Position numbers and translations under genes: made by a program
Notes under the pieces: generated by a model
The model's database searches: none
The model's input: only the letters and a program-made list of their open reading frames with translations
What the model was told of the DNA's origin: nothing
Shown here: positions 8,530 to 18,672 of the stretch, in pieces
Layout: the number at the start of each line of letters is the position of its first letter
Position numbering within the stretch: position 1 is the first letter of the stretch
Assembly (NCBI GenBank): GCA_018302765.1
Contig: JAGVZG010000025.1
Coordinates: 1-33,695, forward strand
Reading direction: 5' to 3'
Length of the DNA stretch: 33,695 nt
DNA from: Candidatus Woesearchaeota archaeon
GTDB lineage: Archaea > Nanobdellota > Nanobdellia > SCGC-AAA011-G17 > GW2011-AR18

Positions 8530-9027
8530 ATGGAACTATCAATAAAACACAAACCAGTTGCAACAGTTTTGTTTACAGGATTTCTTATAACATATAGTTT
8601 ATTCTCTAATTATTTTTTATCAATACTTAAAAATCAAACTAATCAAGATACAGAAGTTAAAGTATATTACGTTGATGGAGCAAAAGTAGGGAAAAAATGT
8701 AGTAAGTATAAAGATAGTCTTAATCGTTCTATAGATTTGTGTCTTTATATAGCAGAAGGTTCTATAAATTTTAATTTTAGTAACGGTTCAAATAAAAGAT
8801 TTGAAGCGCAAACATACATTTTTCTTAGAGATATTAATGGAAATATAACTGATTACGCACGTGTTGCAAATAGCGAGACAAGTAAGATAGATGGTAGAAT
8901 TAAAACTTCAGCGTATTATTCAAAATATCCAAGACCAGAAATATTCATAGGAAGCGCACAACAATTAAACAAAAATATAGAAGATAGAGTAAAAGAAATA
9001 CATAAAAAATTAGATAGTGGAATGTAA
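8530..9027 (+). CDS. Hypothetical protein with N-terminal membrane anchor
   Basis: Single N-terminal hydrophobic segment; no recognised motif. Confidence 0.6.
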   Translation: MELSIKHKPVATVLFTGFLITYSLFSNYFLSILKNQTNQDTEVKVYYVDGAKVGKKCSKYKDSLNRSIDLCLYIAEGSINFNFSNGSNKRFEAQTYIFLRDINGNITDYARVANSETSKIDGRIKTSAYYSKYPRPEIFIGSAQQLNKNIEDRVKEIHKKLDSGM

Positions 9028-9061
9028 AGTAAATTTTTTAGCCTTCAATTTTTCTTTAAAA

Positions 9062-9694
9062 TTATTCTCCATCAACAAACTTCTTCTCTTTTTTATTAAT
9101 AACACTAACAAAACTAATAGGGTCTTTTCTTGCCAAACTTAAGAACTCTTTTATTTTGTTATAATTATCTTCTAATTCTTTCTTGCAAACGTCTAAGGTT
9201 AATGCGCTCCATCTTTCCTCAACTTTTTCTTCAGCCAATAAAAATATTTCTTCAAAATTATATCCTCTTTGCTTCCAGTTGTAAAACATTCTTAAAATTT
9301 TCTTAGGAACTAAGAATTTATAGCAGTCAGCATTAGCACAAATTTCAGATTCTATGTAACTAAACTTTTTGCAGTGGTGTTCCATAATACAAGCAAAAAC
9401 TTTTTGCTTTACATCCTCTTCAAATGGATATTTACTTAAAAATTCCTTTGCAAATCCCAAGGATTTAGTAATATGTTCGTTTATTTTCTTTTCATTAGTA
9501 GCTTCACCAAGTTTAATATCTAGAAATCTAGATCCCAATTTTATTACAGATAAGTTAGCATTTAATTTTTTACCAAGTTCAATTGCAACATTAACTACAT
9601 CATTATAATTATCCAATGTAGGGATATTATATTTCATTATTTCAGAAACAGCAAACTGGTCTAAATCATTTACAATATCATCAACGTAATCCAT
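9062..9694 (-). CDS. HD-domain-like protein with degenerate HD motif
   Basis: Spacing typical of HD proteins: SRFLDIK (H replaced by L), CIMEHH, CANADC. Confidence 0.6.
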   Translation of the reverse strand: MDYVDDIVNDLDQFAVSEIMKYNIPTLDNYNDVVNVAIELGKKLNANLSVIKLGSRFLDIKLGEATNEKKINEHITKSLGFAKEFLSKYPFEEDVKQKVFACIMEHHCKKFSYIESEICANADCYKFLVPKKILRMFYNWKQRGYNFEEIFLLAEEKVEERWSALTLDVCKKELEDNYNKIKEFLSLARKDPISFVSVINKKEKKFVDGE

Positions 9695-9865
9695 AAAATA
9701 AGTTAGAAAAATGAGTTTATAATTATTTATCTACTCTAAACGTTTTTTTAAACAATAGAATATATGAAAATCAAGACAAAGGTTTATAAGCATAGATAAA
9801 TTAGTGATACCATGTTAAAGTTGTTAAATTAAAAATATGGTTATTTTTAAATAATAAGATTTAAT

Positions 9866-10519
9866 ATGAAAAGAAACTTAGAAATCATATTAATGCTGGT
9901 TTTATGTCTTATAGTTTTTATTATAATATTTGGGTTAACTAAATTTATAGACAATACAAATATGAAAAAAGAAGAAACATTTGATAATAATTCAATGATA
10001 ATAAAGATATGTAAAAGTGAGTTAGCAACAATTAAACATTACACCAATGGGTCTGTTTTTTTATGTGGTGATAATTATAGAAAAGTTCCACCTTCAGATT
10101 TAGAGGATGCACCAGACGTTATTTTCAATAAAAGTGGAAATATTGTTGCATTTTGTGGCGGCATACCCACTCAAGAACAAGTTGAATATAATGAAAAGTG
10201 TTACATTACTTGTGAGAAAACAAATCTATGTAAAAATTTAATACAACAGAAATATGATATGAATAATGTAAATGTTATTGAAAGAAAATGTAGAGAAATA
10301 TCAAAATTTGCCAAGCAGAATGCCCAAACGGCAGTTTTTATGAGATGCAAAGAGTATTATGATAAGCGCTGCACCAGTGATAGTGACTGCGGGCCTTTCC
10401 CTTGCAATGGCACTAAATGCCTGATAAAGCCTTGTAATGAGGATGCAGAATGCCCAAGGGTTTGCGGTCTCCATCTGACAGCGGTTCCGGGTTTTTGTAC
10501 TACAAATGATGCAATATGA
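9866..10519 (+). CDS. Membrane-anchored Cys-rich extracellular protein
   Basis: N-terminal TM; many Cys, including CTSDSDC and CNEDAEC repeats. Confidence 0.65.
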   Translation: MKRNLEIILMLVLCLIVFIIIFGLTKFIDNTNMKKEETFDNNSMIIKICKSELATIKHYTNGSVFLCGDNYRKVPPSDLEDAPDVIFNKSGNIVAFCGGIPTQEQVEYNEKCYITCEKTNLCKNLIQQKYDMNNVNVIERKCREISKFAKQNAQTAVFMRCKEYYDKRCTSDSDCGPFPCNGTKCLIKPCNEDAECPRVCGLHLTAVPGFCTTNDAI

Positions 10520-10597
10520 TGTCAAAATAATAACAATAAAATTAAAATCAAGTAAAACTTAAAAATAAATTTTCTTTAATTTCAATATCTTACATTA

Positions 10598-11725
10598 TTA
10601 AGAATAAGTAAAAATGCTTTTTTTATTTTTATTAATTTTATAATTGCTTAGAAATTCTTTCTTTAAATTATCAAACTCACAATTTTTTATTGCTTTTCTG
10701 CATTGTTTTATTAAGTTTTGCACAAAGAATAAATTATGTATGTTGCCGTATCTGTCCCTTATAGGTTCATAAGTTCTGTATAAATGATGGATGTAAGCCC
10801 TGCTAAATCTCCTGCAAGTATAACACCTGCAATTTTCATCCAAAGGATTTTCATCGTCTCTATAGCATGCTTTCTCAATATTTATTTTGCCTTCACTAGT
10901 AAATATTCCACCATGCCGAGCATTCATAGTAGGAAACCTAGAATCAAAACAATCTATTCCTAAGCCTATTGACTCTATAATATCTTCAGGGCTTCCAACA
11001 CCCATTAAATACCTTGTTTTATCTTCATCTATGTTTTTTGTACTCCATTTAATGGCATTTGACATTAATTTGCTTCCTTCTCCAATTCCTAACCCACCTA
11101 AAGCTACACCATCAAAATCTAAACCATTAATAAATTTAGCACTTTTTTCTCTTAAATCTCTAAAAGTTCCGCCCTGACATATTCCAAATAATAACTGTTT
11201 TTTATCATCGTGCACTTTTATACATCTATTTGCCCATAAGTGCGTTATCCTTGTGCATTCACTAATGTAATCTTTTGTATGTCCATAATGTGGGACAAAA
11301 TCTAAAGCCATGGCTACATCCGCTCTTATACTTTCTTCTATTTTAATTATGTCTTCAGGAGTAAAAAATCTCTTGCTGCCATCAAATGGGTTTTTAAAAT
11401 AAACTCCTTTTTCATCAGCTTTATGTAAAAAACTTTTACTTAAAATTTGAAAGCCTCCAGAATCTGTAAAAACAACCCTATCCCATTTCATAAAACTATG
11501 TATGCCTTTAAATTTCTTTATAATATCAAGACCAGGTTTCAAATGCAAGATAAATGCATTAGCTATTATTGCATCGCTTCCCAATTCTTTTAATTCATCT
11601 TGGCTTATTTGTTTAGCAGTTCCTTTAGTAGCAATAGGCATAAAAAAAGGAGTTTCTATAGTTCCATGACTAGTCTTTAATTTTCCATATCTTGCTCCAG
11701 AATCTTCTGAAATTAATTTTAACAT
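10598..11725 (-). CDS. tgt: Bacterial/eukaryote-type tRNA-guanine(34) transglycosylase
   Basis: FMPIATKG, TDSGGFQ, GICQGG, GGLGIGE, YLMGVG, FDS, Zn site CRCYTC...H. 375 aa with no archaeal PUA extension. Confidence 0.92.
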   Translation of the reverse strand: MLKLISEDSGARYGKLKTSHGTIETPFFMPIATKGTAKQISQDELKELGSDAIIANAFILHLKPGLDIIKKFKGIHSFMKWDRVVFTDSGGFQILSKSFLHKADEKGVYFKNPFDGSKRFFTPEDIIKIEESIRADVAMALDFVPHYGHTKDYISECTRITHLWANRCIKVHDDKKQLLFGICQGGTFRDLREKSAKFINGLDFDGVALGGLGIGEGSKLMSNAIKWSTKNIDEDKTRYLMGVGSPEDIIESIGLGIDCFDSRFPTMNARHGGIFTSEGKINIEKACYRDDENPLDENCRCYTCRRFSRAYIHHLYRTYEPIRDRYGNIHNLFFVQNLIKQCRKAIKNCEFDNLKKEFLSNYKINKNKKSIFTYS

Positions 11726-11774
11726 AAATTAATTACTTAGAAAATGTTTATAAATATGACCATACTAAATTTAT

Positions 11775-12133
11775 ATGAAAAAGAAAAAACATGAAACTTT
11801 AGAAGCATTATTAATTATTGGAATAAGTATTCATTTTGTATTTGGTATGAATTATATTTTTGACAAAATAGATCCAATTCCTCGCCTATCAGCATTAATA
11901 AGAAAGGAAAGTTACGAAATTACAAAATAGGACAACAAGAGAGAATTAAGCAAGCAATTGACAATGAATTTAATATTTATGATTTAAATAGTGACAAAAA
12001 TTTAGATAGGGATGAATATTTAAATCTAGAAAAACTAACCATTAATTCATCTTATTTTATAAAATCTTTCAGCAAACCTGCACTTAGCATGAAATCCGGA
12101 AAATACAGCTCTTATTATAACAGGAATAATTAG
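11775..12133 (+). pseudogene. Possible frameshifted small membrane protein with an EF-hand
   Basis: ORF 11775-11930 (51 aa, hydrophobic segment). An overlapping -1 frame encodes FNIYDLNSDKNLDRDEYL (EF loop at 11981-12016) and lacks its own upstream start. Confidence 0.35.
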
Positions 12134-12697
12134 TAGATAAACATAAAGCCATTGACTCTTAAATTTCTTCATAGCTTGTATTTTCTTCCCAAAAGTGTCA
12201 GATACATCAATATACATTCTAGGCTTTAATTCATTTAAAACATTCCAAACTTCAAAGACATATACATTTATTTTATATTTCTTGTCACATTCATATAAAG
12301 CGTCAAAAACAACTTTATTTGCAGCTCTGTGGTCTTTGTGAGGATCATATTTGGAATGTGTAAAAATACTTGTTGGTTTAAAATGTTTTATTATATTAAT
12401 CACTGCTTTTTTTACTCTGGGATTTTCTATTTCTTCAGTTAGATGCATATCTTTTAAACCAAAGAATATAGTCTGTTTACTTCCTAAAAATACAGAGATC
12501 TTTTTTACTTCTTCTTTTCTTGTTTCAGTTAGATATTCCTTTCTTAACCAAGGGCTGCTATTTTCTCCACTGCTAAAAATTACAGTAATTACTTTTTTAC
12601 CTTGGTTTGCATATTTAGCTATAGTAGCACCACAACCTATTGTCTCATCATCGGCGTGCGATGCAAATACAATAATTATTTCCTTATTATTTTCCAT
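12047..12697 (-). CDS. PIG-L/LmbE family deacetylase
   Basis: ASHADDETIGCG and H..D.H.DH motifs. Start moved to the ATG at 12697 because the longer ORF runs into tRNA-Gly. Confidence 0.88.
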   Translation of the reverse strand: MENNKEIIIVFASHADDETIGCGATIAKYANQGKKVITVIFSSGENSSPWLRKEYLTETRKEEVKKISVFLGSKQTIFFGLKDMHLTEEIENPRVKKAVINIIKHFKPTSIFTHSKYDPHKDHRAANKVVFDALYECDKKYKINVYVFEVWNVLNELKPRMYIDVSDTFGKKIQAMKKFKSQWLYVYLLIIPVIIRAVFSGFHAKCRFAERFYKIR

Positions 12698-12722
12698 TGC
12701 TATTCTAATATAAAACCATAAA

Positions 12723-12809
12723 TGCACTAGCCGGGATTTGAACCCGGATGAAGAGCTAACTTCTAAATACCATTGGAAGGCTCTCATGCTACCATTGCAT
12801 CACTAGTGC
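12723..12809 (-). tRNA. tRNA-Gly(TCC) with a 16-nt canonical 37/38 intron (12758-12773)
   Basis: GCACTAG/CTAGTGC acceptor, AGAGC-CTTCCA|A-GCTCT anticodon arm, BHB central helix CTTC/GAAG. Confidence 0.93.
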
Positions 12810-12835
12810 TTTTAAATTGGTTCTCTAAACTAAAG

Positions 12836-12849
12836 TTATAAATCTTTCG
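12836..12849 (-). promoter_or_regulatory. BRE-TATA promoter of tRNA-Gly
   Basis: CGAAAGATTTATAA on the minus strand, about 27 nt upstream of the tRNA. Confidence 0.65.
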
Positions 12850-12930
12850 TATTCCACTTACAAAAAATTCTTAGATATAAGTTAAAAATAAATAAACTAA
12901 TAATAAAACAGTAAAAATTTAATAATAAAA

Positions 12931-13260
12931 TTATTCAGATTTAGGTAGATATTCACCAATTTTATATTTAGGAGAATTCATGCAACCGTAAGCTTTAACT
13001 CCATTTAATCCAGCAAAGAATTTTCTAAGGGGGTGACCGTTAGGATAATTAATAAGGGGCTGATCTAGCTCTAAGACAAAACCTTCTCTTGCTTTTCTAT
13101 CTACAGGATCTCTAACTTCTTGCAAATTAATAAATATCCCATCGTATGAAAAAGAAAGTTTTGATCTTCCATCTTCTCTATCAAATCCACATTCAGTCAA
13201 AATACTAACCAAATCCCGTCTAGAATTGTCTGTCCCAAAATATTCTTGCAAAAATGTCAT
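12931..13260 (-). CDS. Hypothetical protein
   Basis: 109-aa ORF filling the gap; no motif recognised. Confidence 0.5.
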   Translation of the reverse strand: MTFLQEYFGTDNSRRDLVSILTECGFDREDGRSKLSFSYDGIFINLQEVRDPVDRKAREGFVLELDQPLINYPNGHPLRKFFAGLNGVKAYGCMNSPKYKIGEYLPKSE

Positions 13261-13368
13261 TGTTGTGTGGCTAAAATTGCAATATTTAAGAATTATTTCA
13301 CTACTATTATTATTTTGTAATTTACATTATTCGTTACATTAATAAACAAAATACTATAAATAAAACTT

Positions 13369-15936
13369 ATGTATTATAAGAAAGAGATAGATGAAGTTCT
13401 AAGGGAATATAATTCAAGTGAAGACGGTTTAACATCAAAAGAAGCAGAACTAAGATTAAAAAAATATGGGAAAAATGAGATCCAAAAATTCAAAAAAATA
13501 TCGTCTTTAAGAATATTTCTAAGTCAATTTAAAAGCTTTTTAATTTATATATTATTGGCATCAACACTTCTTGCATTTATTTTAGGGGAAAAAATAGATG
13601 CAGTAGTAATTTTAGTTATATTATTATTGAATGCAATTCTGGGTTTCTTTCAGGAATATAAAGCTGAGAAATCAATAGAAGCATTGAGAAGGTTAACAGC
13701 ATTAACAGCAATTGTTATAAGAAATAAAAAAACAATGAAAATAGATTCTTCGGAGATCGTGCCTGGAGATATAATTATTATAGAAGAAGGAAGTTACATA
13801 CCTGCTGATGCAAGGCTAATAGACACTTCTTCATTATATATTGATGAATCAACATTAACTGGAGAGTCTACTACAGTATCTAAAAATATAAGCACAATAA
13901 AACAAGATACTATAATTTCTAATCAAAAAAATATGGTTTTTGCAGGTACAATAGCAACCAGAGGGCGCGCGAAAGCAGTTATAATAGCTACAGGACCAAA
14001 TACTGAACTTGGTAAAATTGCCAAAGAAATACAATTAACAGAAGAAAAAGAAACACCACTACAAAGAAAGTTGCACAAACTTGGAATTTACATAACAGCA
14101 TCAATATTAATTATATGTGCATTAATACTTGTATTAGATTTCTTTAGAGGTGCCTCATTTATAGAATCACTTTTAACTTCAATATCTTTGGCTGTGGCTG
14201 CAATACCTGAAGGGCTGCCTGCAGTTATAACTATCACTTTGGCAATAGGTACACAAAGAATGTTAAAGAAAAATTCCTTAGTAAGACGTTTGTCTGCTGT
14301 AGAATCATTGGGCAGTGTAACTGTAATATGTGCAGATAAAACAGGAACATTAACAAAAAATGAAATGACTGTAAAACATGTTTATACCAATAACAAAAAT
14401 TTTTTAGTAAGTGGAAATGGTTATGATACCAATGGCGACTTTCTTTTTGATAATAAAAAAATCAGTCCAATACAATTAAGTAAAATAATGGAAATAGCCA
14501 CTTTGTGCAATAATGCTTCTTTAGATGGCCCAGCAGATCCAACAGAAAAAGCATTGCTAGTTGTTGCTAAGAAAGCAGGCTACAATAAAACTTATCCAAG
14601 ATTAAAGGAAATGCCATTTAGCTCAGAAACAAAATATATGACAACATTGAACAAAATAGAAGATAAATTAATTTATCATATGAAGGGAGCTCCTGAAATA
14701 GTATTAAAGAAATGTAATAAGATATTAATTAATGGAAAGGAAATTAGTTTTACTAAGAAAAATTTAGAAGAAATACAGAAAAACTATGAGCAAATGGCAT
14801 CTAATGCTCTAAGAGTTTTAGGTTTTGCTTATTCTTGTGATGATAAAATCTACACTTTTGTAGGATTAATGGGAATGATTGACCCTCCGCGTGAAGAAGT
14901 TCCTAATGCAATAGAACTATGTAAAAAAGCAGGTATAAGAGTTATAATGATTACTGGCGACTATGCACTTACTGCAAAAGCCATAGCTAAAGAAATAGGA
15001 ATTGAAGGAGATATAATAACGGGAGAAGACCTAGATAAAATAGAATCAAAAGATCTGTCAATGGTTATAGATAATATAAGTATCTATGCAAGGGTTTCTC
15101 CGCAGCACAAAGTTAAGATTCTAGAAGCATTAAAATCTAGGGGACAGATTGTAGCAATGACTGGTGATGGCGTAAATGATGCAGTGGCTCTAAAAAGATC
15201 TGATGTCGGAACTGCAGTAGGTTCTGGTACTGATGTCGCAAAAGAAGCTTCTGATATAATATTATTAGATGACAATTTTAAGTCTATAGTAGATGCCATT
15301 AAAGAAGGCAGAGGAATTTACAACAATATAAAAAAATTTATAGGATATTTATTTTCATGCAATTTAGCAGAGGTTCTAGTTATATTTATTTCTTTATTAA
15401 TAGGTTTGCCTATCCCGCTAATAGCAATACAAATACTTTGGATGAATTTAATTACAGATGGTTTGCCAGCTCTTGCCTTGGGTTTAGATAAAGTAAATGA
15501 CGAAGTAATGTATAAACCTCCAAGAAACCCTAAGGAGAGCATAATAACAAAAAAAGATATGTTATTTCTTATAGTACAAGGATTTGCAATTACTGTTTTA
15601 ACATTAGGATTATTTTACTACTATTTTAAAAATGGAAGTATAGATTATGCAAAAACAATTGCATTTTCAACAATAGTTTTACTTGAATTATTTAACTCAA
15701 TAAATTATCATGTTGGACATAATAGTATATTTAATATAAATTTATTTTCAAACAAATACTTAATATTGGCAATTTTAAGCTCTGTCTTGCTGCAGGTTGT
15801 AGTTGTTTATGGAGCAAACTACATTTTCAAGACAAATCCATTATTGGTTTTCGATTGGATACTAATAATATCTGCATGTATATTTTTAATTGTAGTTCAG
15901 GAAATAACAAAATTATTTGTAAAACAAGATTATTAA
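13369..15936 (+). CDS. P-type ATPase, type II (Ca2+-transporting, SERCA-like)
   Basis: TGES, PEGL, DKTGTLT, KGAPE, TGDGVND. Membrane ligands N..E (SCNLAEV), N..TD (WMNLITDG) and E (LELFN). Confidence 0.93.
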   Translation: MYYKKEIDEVLREYNSSEDGLTSKEAELRLKKYGKNEIQKFKKISSLRIFLSQFKSFLIYILLASTLLAFILGEKIDAVVILVILLLNAILGFFQEYKAEKSIEALRRLTALTAIVIRNKKTMKIDSSEIVPGDIIIIEEGSYIPADARLIDTSSLYIDESTLTGESTTVSKNISTIKQDTIISNQKNMVFAGTIATRGRAKAVIIATGPNTELGKIAKEIQLTEEKETPLQRKLHKLGIYITASILIICALILVLDFFRGASFIESLLTSISLAVAAIPEGLPAVITITLAIGTQRMLKKNSLVRRLSAVESLGSVTVICADKTGTLTKNEMTVKHVYTNNKNFLVSGNGYDTNGDFLFDNKKISPIQLSKIMEIATLCNNASLDGPADPTEKALLVVAKKAGYNKTYPRLKEMPFSSETKYMTTLNKIEDKLIYHMKGAPEIVLKKCNKILINGKEISFTKKNLEEIQKNYEQMASNALRVLGFAYSCDDKIYTFVGLMGMIDPPREEVPNAIELCKKAGIRVIMITGDYALTAKAIAKEIGIEGDIITGEDLDKIESKDLSMVIDNISIYARVSPQHKVKILEALKSRGQIVAMTGDGVNDAVALKRSDVGTAVGSGTDVAKEASDIILLDDNFKSIVDAIKEGRGIYNNIKKFIGYLFSCNLAEVLVIFISLLIGLPIPLIAIQILWMNLITDGLPALALGLDKVNDEVMYKPPRNPKESIITKKDMLFLIVQGFAITVLTLGLFYYYFKNGSIDYAKTIAFSTIVLLELFNSINYHVGHNSIFNINLFSNKYLILAILSSVLLQVVVVYGANYIFKTNPLLVFDWILIISACIFLIVVQEITKLFVKQDY

Positions 15937-18659
15937 TGTTTTAAATGTGCGCCTTTTTCAATAAATTGTTGTTTATGCTTGCTTAATTTGGTTTCATTAA
16001 TAACAGAATTTATTTGCATGTCATTCCAGCCTTTGCTCTTAAGGGCAACCTTTATCTTATCTTCACTTAGACCTTTATTTAATGAATCATTTACAAAATC
16101 TTTCACTAAATTATGGTCTTTTTCATTCTTAAATAATTTTTTCGAATCAAGAGGCATGAATTTTTTCTTTCTGAGTAAGCCTCCTTTAAAAAAGTATCCA
16201 AAATAAGCAACCAGAACAGCAAGTATTACAATAACTCCAATAATAACAAAAGGCAGTCTGCTTTTTTCTTTACAGTCTTTTGCACAGCCAATTTCGTCCT
16301 CATCACTTTCGCATATTTTATTACCGCATACAGAAGGCTCTGGTTTTACTTCTGATTCTTTTTGTGAAGCATTTACAGTTATGCTCTCTAAATTGCCAGG
16401 CAAAACTGCAGTTCTTGTTTGTAGAGCTTTTCCTAAATCTGCTGTGTCAATCTTATAAACAATTTGATTTGTAGGTGAAAAACTATAAACGTTAGGTGCA
16501 GGTGCTGAAACTACACCACCCACAAGAACATTCTCAGGGTTTATGGAAAATCCAAAAGGTACAAATTCATAAACCTTGCTTCCAGTACCAACTATATCTT
16601 TCTTAATAATCATGAAATTTTCTATTCTACCACTATTATAAACAATATTAATAATTCTTACTTCTCCTTCTACTCTCACTGATTGTTGTGCAGCAAGCAT
16701 CTTGGTCTTTTGAATATCTGTAGTAAACTCACAACAGGAAGTTATTTGATTAAGCCCAGTAACCTTGCCGCTGAAACTGGCACTATCAGCAGTAAACTTA
16801 CTTGGTATTTGATTATTAATTGCAATTGCTTGTTTGATTAAACTGTTTATTGTTTCGCTTATTTGAGCATCACTAACATTTGAGTCTGCTAATAAGGAAT
16901 TATAGCTTTGTTTTATAGCAGTTAAGTTAGATTCTAAATTTGATAATAAAGCATTAATTTTCAACAAGTTAGCTGTATCTTTAATTTGTGCTGAACTTGA
17001 ATCTAATTTGCTTTTAAACAAATTAATTGACGTTAAGGTATTGTTTACTATAGAATTTATATTCATGTTGCCGCCATTTTGTACATTAATAATTACTCTG
17101 TCTATTCCATAAACACCATCAGAATCTGTAACTTTCAAAGTTACAGTATAATTTCCACTTTGTAAGTAAATATGTTTTGTGTTTGTCCCGTTGCCAATAT
17201 TATCATCACCAAAATCCCAAATATAAGAAACCAATTTTTTACCACTTTCTGCCTTGCTGGTACTTGCATCAAAATTCACTTCTTCATTAATTCCTGGATT
17301 AAAAGGACCATATCTAATAAAAGCGCTAGGTGAACGTACTACTTCAAAGTTAATTTTCTTGCTTTCAAGTCCGTTAAACTTAGCATAAATTGTACTCTTA
17401 CCAAGAGAAGAAGGAGAAATCACATCATCTAATTTGTTTAAATCAACACGTATCTTGCCATCATATTTCACTGATTCAGGTATAAATATAAGGGACTTAA
17501 AACTTTTTTCTTCTCTTCTTATTTGATAAGAGTATTTCAAGCTTAAATCGCTTAATTCTAAACTACCAGTACTAGATACACTAATATTTAGAGGAATTAA
17601 TAAACATTCATTATCACATCCTTCTTTATGAATATAATCATATATATATTGAACAGGAACATTAATACTTGTTTTTTGGGTTAATGCTGTATCATATGTC
17701 CTGTAATCATCATATACATAAAAATTAGCATCTCCTAAAGCCTCGCCGTTTGCATATGCACTAGAAGGCTTGTCATTGTCTGTTTTTATATAAAAGTAAG
17801 TAACACTTGGATCTTCAGCTGTAGGATATAAGCAAACATACTGCTTGGTTGGTTGATTTATTATTTTATTTATAATGCATTTAGTTTCACTAAAGTCATT
17901 GCTTGGATATAAAGTACAACATGGAGTTCTTGGATCACTACAACTTTGTGGGTTTACTAAGTCGCTCATTTCATCAAGCATAGTCACATTTATATTAATA
18001 TTATTAGGAGTAGCAGAATTTCTTTTTACCAAAGCTTTTATATTGTATTCATTGGAGTCTTTCACGTCTATAAACTGGCAAAAAAAATCACCGCCACTTA
18101 TATCTGCTGTCCCATCAGGTGTTCCAACTAAATAATCCTTATTTAATGCATTCCAGCTGCTTGGGCTTCCCCTATATTTATAGAGTATTTGATCAGCTAG
18201 TAAAATCACTAAATCTTTAGGGTTATTGTTTTTAGGAGTTATATTAAAAGATAAATATTCTCCTATCAAATTAAATTGATTTATGTCTCTTGGGCTTTGT
18301 CCTCTTAAGTCTATGCCTGACTCAACTTTCGATCCTCCTGAAGTGAACTTTATAGTAATATTTTCAGAACCGCTGCTTGTTGTGTTATACTTTGCTGCTA
18401 ATACACTTCCAACAACGCCAGACAAATTAAGCAATTTCTTTAACACAACGTCTGTTTTTACACTGCCTACAAAAAAACCCATAGGTGTGTCTGTTGATTT
18501 ATAGCCTGAAAACTCAAAATCAACAAAACCATCAAAAGGAACCCTAGGTCCTATTTTTACAGTTGTTAAATTTAAACTAATGCTGTCAGAAGCATAAACA
18601 AGATTGCTGAGTAATAATACAAATGTAAAAACAAGCAAACCCCTTTTAATTATTTTCAT
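15933..18659 (-). CDS. Large PKD-domain surface protein with C-terminal TM and cytoplasmic tail
   Basis: Signal peptide; PKD motif WDFGDD...HIY...GNYTVTLKVTD; CGNKICE...C..DC Cys knot; TM near the C-terminus. Confidence 0.8.
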   Translation of the reverse strand: MKIIKRGLLVFTFVLLLSNLVYASDSISLNLTTVKIGPRVPFDGFVDFEFSGYKSTDTPMGFFVGSVKTDVVLKKLLNLSGVVGSVLAAKYNTTSSGSENITIKFTSGGSKVESGIDLRGQSPRDINQFNLIGEYLSFNITPKNNNPKDLVILLADQILYKYRGSPSSWNALNKDYLVGTPDGTADISGGDFFCQFIDVKDSNEYNIKALVKRNSATPNNININVTMLDEMSDLVNPQSCSDPRTPCCTLYPSNDFSETKCIINKIINQPTKQYVCLYPTAEDPSVTYFYIKTDNDKPSSAYANGEALGDANFYVYDDYRTYDTALTQKTSINVPVQYIYDYIHKEGCDNECLLIPLNISVSSTGSLELSDLSLKYSYQIRREEKSFKSLIFIPESVKYDGKIRVDLNKLDDVISPSSLGKSTIYAKFNGLESKKINFEVVRSPSAFIRYGPFNPGINEEVNFDASTSKAESGKKLVSYIWDFGDDNIGNGTNTKHIYLQSGNYTVTLKVTDSDGVYGIDRVIINVQNGGNMNINSIVNNTLTSINLFKSKLDSSSAQIKDTANLLKINALLSNLESNLTAIKQSYNSLLADSNVSDAQISETINSLIKQAIAINNQIPSKFTADSASFSGKVTGLNQITSCCEFTTDIQKTKMLAAQQSVRVEGEVRIINIVYNSGRIENFMIIKKDIVGTGSKVYEFVPFGFSINPENVLVGGVVSAPAPNVYSFSPTNQIVYKIDTADLGKALQTRTAVLPGNLESITVNASQKESEVKPEPSVCGNKICESDEDEIGCAKDCKEKSRLPFVIIGVIVILAVLVAYFGYFFKGGLLRKKKFMPLDSKKLFKNEKDHNLVKDFVNDSLNKGLSEDKIKVALKSKGWNDMQINSVINETKLSKHKQQFIEKGAHLKH

Positions 18660-18672
18660 TAATCATTTTATA

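Noticed and set aside
10360-10505. GC-richer 3' end of the Cys-rich gene as a second DGR VR
   Set aside because: Explained by Cys/Gly/Pro codons; adenines are not depleted and there is no CLec tail motif.
12698-12787. N-terminal 30-aa extension of the PIG-L ORF
   Set aside because: It overlaps tRNA-Gly on the same strand; the ATG at 12697 gives a normal PIG-L N-terminus.
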